A DNA stretch of 64,000 bases from Eledone cirrhosa (Eukaryota): positions 322,400,001 to 322,464,000 of the forward strand of contig OZ024743.1 of the NCBI GenBank assembly GCA_964016885.1, written 5' to 3'. Position numbers and translations under genes: made by a program. Each line of letters begins with the position of its first letter. Positions within the stretch are counted from its first letter, which is position 1. Under the pieces are notes generated by a model. The model was not told the origin of the DNA. It saw only the letters and a list, made by a program, of their open reading frames with translations, and did no database searches. Positions 60,066-64,000 of the stretch are shown one piece after another.

Positions 60066-63000
60066 GACACTTACCCACATTGATCTGGGTCCTTAACTTG
60101 GAGCTACAGTAAAAGACACTTACCCACATTGATCTGTGTCCTTAACTTGGAGCTGCAGTAAAAGACACTTACCCACCTCGTCTGGTTCCTTAACTTGGAG
60201 CTACAGTAAAACATACTTACCCACCTTAATTTGGGTCCGTAACTTGGAGATACAGTAAAAGATACTTATCCACCTCGATCTGGGTACTTAACTTGGAGCT
60301 ACAGTAAAACACACTTACCCACCTTGATCTGGGTCCTTAAATTGGAGCTACAGCAAAAGACACTTACCCACCTCGATCTGGGTCCTTGACTCGGAGCTAC
60401 AGTAAAACACACTTACTCACCTCGATCTGGGTCCTTAACTTGGAGCTACAGTAAAAGACACTTACCCACCTCGACTGGGTCCTTAACTTGGCGCTACAGT
60501 AAAACACACTTACCCACCTTGATCTGCGTGCTTAACTTAGAGCTACAGTAAAAGACACTTACCCACCTTGATCTGGGTCCTTAACTTGGAGCTACAATAA
60601 AACACACTTACCCACCTCGATCTGGGTCCTTAACTTGGAGCTACAGTAAAAGATACTTATCCACCTCGATCTGGGTACTTAACTTGGACCTACTGCAAAA
60701 GATACTTACCCACCTCGATCTGGATACTTAACTTGGAGCTACAGTAAAAGACACTTACCCACCTGATCTGGGTTTAACTTGGATGTACAGTAAAACACAC
60801 TTACCCACCTCTATCTGGTTCCTTAACTTGGAGCTACAGTAAAACACACTTACCAACCTGATCTGGGTCCTTAACTTGGAGCTACAGTTAAACACACATA
60901 ACCAACCTATATCTGGGTCCATAACTTGGAGCTACAGTAAAACATACATACCCACCTCGATCTGGGTCCTTAACTTGGAGCTACAGTAAAAGATACTTAC
61001 CCACCTCGATCTGGGTCCTTAACTTGGAGCTACAGTAAAAGACACTTACCCACATCGATCTCTGTCCTTAACTTGCAGCTACAGTAAAACACACTTACCC
61101 ACCTCCATCTGGGTCCTTAACTTGGAGCTACAGAAAAAGACACTTACCCACCTTGATCTGGGTTTAACTTTGAGCTACAGTAAAACATACTTACCCACCT
61201 CTATCTGGGTCCTTAACTTGGAGCTACAGTAAAACACACTTACCCACCTCGATCTGCGTCCTTAAATTAGAGCTACAGTAAAAGACGCTTACCCACCTCT
61301 ATCTGGGTCCTTAACTTGGAGCTACGATAAAACACACTTACCCACCGTGATATGGGTCCTTAACTTGGAACTACAGTAAAATATATTACCCACCTCGATC
61401 TGGGTCCTTAACTTGCAGCTACAGTAAAACACACTTACCCACCTGATCTGGGTCCTTAACTTGGAGCTACAGTTAAACACACATACCCAACCTAGATCTG
61501 GGTCCATAACTTGGAGCTACAGTAAAACATACTTACCCACCTTGATCTGTGTCCTTATCTTGGTGCTACAGTAAAAGATATTTACCCACCTCGATCTGCG
61601 TCCTTAAATTGGAGCTACAGTAAAAGACACTTACCCACCTCGATCACTGTCCTTAACTTGGAGCTACAGTAAAAGACACTTACCCACCTTGATCTGGGTC
61701 CTTAACTTGGAGCTGCAGTAAAACACACTTACCCACGTCGACCTGGTACTTAACTTGGAGCTACAATAAAACGCACTTACCCACCTCGATCTGCGTCCTT
61801 AACTTAGAGCTACAGTAAAAGACAGTTACCCACCTCGATCTGGGTCCTTAACTTGGAACTACAATAAAACCCACTTACCGACATTGATCTGGGTCCTTAA
61901 CTTGGAGATACAGTAAAAGACACTTACCCCCATCGATCTGGGTCCTTAACTTGGAGCTACAGTAAAACACACTTACCCAAGCGATTTGGGTCCTTAAATT
62001 GGAGCTACAGTATAACACATTTACCCACCTCGATCTGGGACCTTAACTTGGAGCTACAGTAAATCACACTTACCCACCTCGATCTGTGTCCTTAACTTGG
62101 AACTACAGTAAAACACACATACCCAACCTAGATCTGGGTCTTTAACTTGGATCTACAGTAAAACATATTTACCCATCCCGATCTGGGTCCTTAACTTGGA
62201 GCTACAGTAAAAGACACTTACCCACATTGATCTATGTCCTTAACTTGGAGCTGCAGTAAAAGACACTTACCCACCTTTTCTGGGTCCTTAACTTGGAGCT
62301 ACAGTAAAACACACTTACCCACTTTGATCTGGGTCCTTAAATTGGAGCTACAGTTAAACACACATAACCAACCTAGATCTGGGTCCATAACTTGGAGCTA
62401 CAGTAAAACATACTTACCCACCTCGATCTGGGTCCTTAACTTGGAGCTAAAGTAAAACATACTTACCCACCTTGATGTGGGTCCTTAACTTGGAGTTACA
62501 GTAAAAGACACTTACCCACCTCGATCTGGGTCCTTAACTTGGAGCTACAGTAAAACACACTTACCCACTTTGATCTGGGTCCTTAAATTGGAGCTACAGT
62601 TAAACACATATAACCAACCTAGATCTGGGTCCATAACTTGGAGATACAGTAAAAGATACTTATCCACCTCGATCTGGGTACTTAACTTAGAGCTACTGCA
62701 GAAGACACTTACCCACCTCGATCTGGGTCCTTAACTTGGAGTTACAGTAAAAGACACTTACCCACCTCGATCTGGGTCCTTAACTTGGAGCTACAGTAGA
62801 ACATACTTACCCAACCTAGATCTGGGTCCTTAACTTGGAGCTACAGTAAATCATACTTACCCACTTTGATCTGGGTCCTTAACTTGCAGCTACAGAAAAA
62901 CACACTTACCCACCTAGATCTGGGTCTTTAACTTGGAGGTACGATAAAACACACTTACCCACCTCGATCTGGTTCCTTAAATTGGAACTACAGTAAAACA

Positions 63001-64000
63001 TATTACCCACCTCGATCTGGGTCCTTAACTTGGAGCTACAGTAAAAGACACTTACCCACCTCGATCTGGGTCCTTAACTTGGAGCTAAAGTAAAACATAC
63101 TTACCCACCTTGATGTGGGTCCTTAACTTGGAGCTACAGTAAAAGACACTTATCCACCTCGATCTGGGACCTTAATTTGGAGCTACAGTAAAACACACTT
63201 ACTCACCTCGATCTGGGTCATTAACTTGGAGCTAGAGTAAAAGACACTTACCCACCTCGATCTGGGTCCTTAACTCGGAGCTACTGTAAAACACGCTTAC
63301 CCACCTGATCTGCGTGCTTAACTTAGAGCCACAGTAAAAGACACTTACCCACCTCGATCTGGGTCCTTAACTTGGAGATACAATAAAACACACATACCCA
63401 CATTGATCTGGGTCCTTAACTTGGAGCTACACTAAAAGACACTTACCCACACTGATCTGTGTCCTTAACTTGGAGCTGCAGTAAAAGACACTTACCCACC
63501 TCGTCTGGGTACTTAACTTGGAGCTACAGTAAAACACACTTACCCACATCGATCTGGGTCCTTAACTTGGAGCTACAGTTAAACACACTTACCCACCTTG
63601 ATTTGGGTCCTTAACTTGGAGATACAGTAAAAGATACTTATCCACCTCGATCTGGGTACTTAACTTGGAGCTACTGCAAAAGACACTTACCCACATCGAT
63701 CTGGGTTTAACTTGGAGCTACAGTAAAACATACTTACCCACCTCGATCTCTGTCCTTAACTTGGCGCTACAGTAAAACACACTTACCCACCTCGATCTGC
63801 GTGCTTAACTTAGAGCTACAGTAAAAGGCACTTACCCACCTCGATCTGGGTCCTTAACTTGGAGCTACAATAAAACACACTTACCCACATTGATCTGGGT
63901 CCTTAACTTGGAGCTACAGTAAAAGAAACTTACCCCCACCGATCTGGGTCCTTAACTTGGAGCTAGAGTAAAACACACTTACCCACCTCAATCTGCGTGC

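Larger units (their letters stand above)
1..64000. repeat. 49-bp tandem satellite/minisatellite array, ~1,300 head-to-tail monomers in a single orientation
   Basis: The motif GGTCCTTAACTTGGAGCTACAGTAAAA recurs every ~49 bp from base 1 to 64000. A perfect consensus monomer lies at 1211-1259. Recurrent length variants are 47 bp (CTGGGTTTAAC; AAAACACTTAC), 48 bp (CCTCGTCTGG; CACCTGATC) and 50 bp (GTTAAACACACATAACCAACCTAGA). I saw no unique sequence or inversion. Confidence 0.99.

Noticed and set aside
5641-62455. 28 similar + strand ORFs of 63-73 aa (MSLTWSCSKRHLPT...)
   Set aside because: They are translations of the repeat, opened wherever 48- and 50-bp variants dodge the TAA stops. Nearly all start at GTG. 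There is no RBS, promoter context or unique flank, and their recurrence simply tracks the duplications.
1-64000. CRISPR array (conserved core plus more variable part)
   Set aside because: The variable part consists of point variants of one sequence, not unique spacers, and there is no leader or cas gene.
1-64000. Dense GATC (Dam) sites or a plasmid iteron/replication-origin array
   Set aside because: GATC, TCGA, AGCT and TTAA density follows trivially from the monomer. The scale and nested HOR structure fit eukaryotic satellite DNA, and no rep gene or DnaA-box context is present.
1-64000. Assignment to a named satellite family, centromere or organism
   Set aside because: I do not recognise the monomer and see no CENP-B box. 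This would need BLAST/Dfam/Repbase searches and chromatin data.

Overview
The whole 64 kb window is one uninterrupted head-to-tail tandem array of a 49-bp monomer, about 1,300 copies. The + strand consensus is TCTGGGTCCTTAACTTGGAGCTACAGTAAAA[G/C]ACACTTACCCACCTCGA (~47% GC), and both array ends lie outside the window. I found no credible protein-coding gene, RNA gene, transposon or CRISPR array; all 30 listed ORFs are by-products of recurring monomer variants. The array has a nested structure that can be read from diagnostic variants: a 15-monomer (732 bp) sub-period, a degenerate ~75-90-monomer higher-order repeat, a recent ~20.3/17.4 kb tandem duplication (2737-~23000 / ~23000-40381), and several 0.3-2.6 kb local duplications. 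All these offsets are whole numbers of monomers. The most unexpected signal is on the minus strand, where each monomer reads as a 29-nt 'exon' plus a 20-nt GTAAGT...TTTTACTGTAG 'intron', i.e. a canonical spliceosomal donor and an acceptor-like site in most monomers; any function is unproven. The array looks like eukaryotic satellite or giant minisatellite DNA, but I cannot name the family or organism. All coordinates and offsets were read by eye, and breakpoints are uncertain by up to about one monomer.
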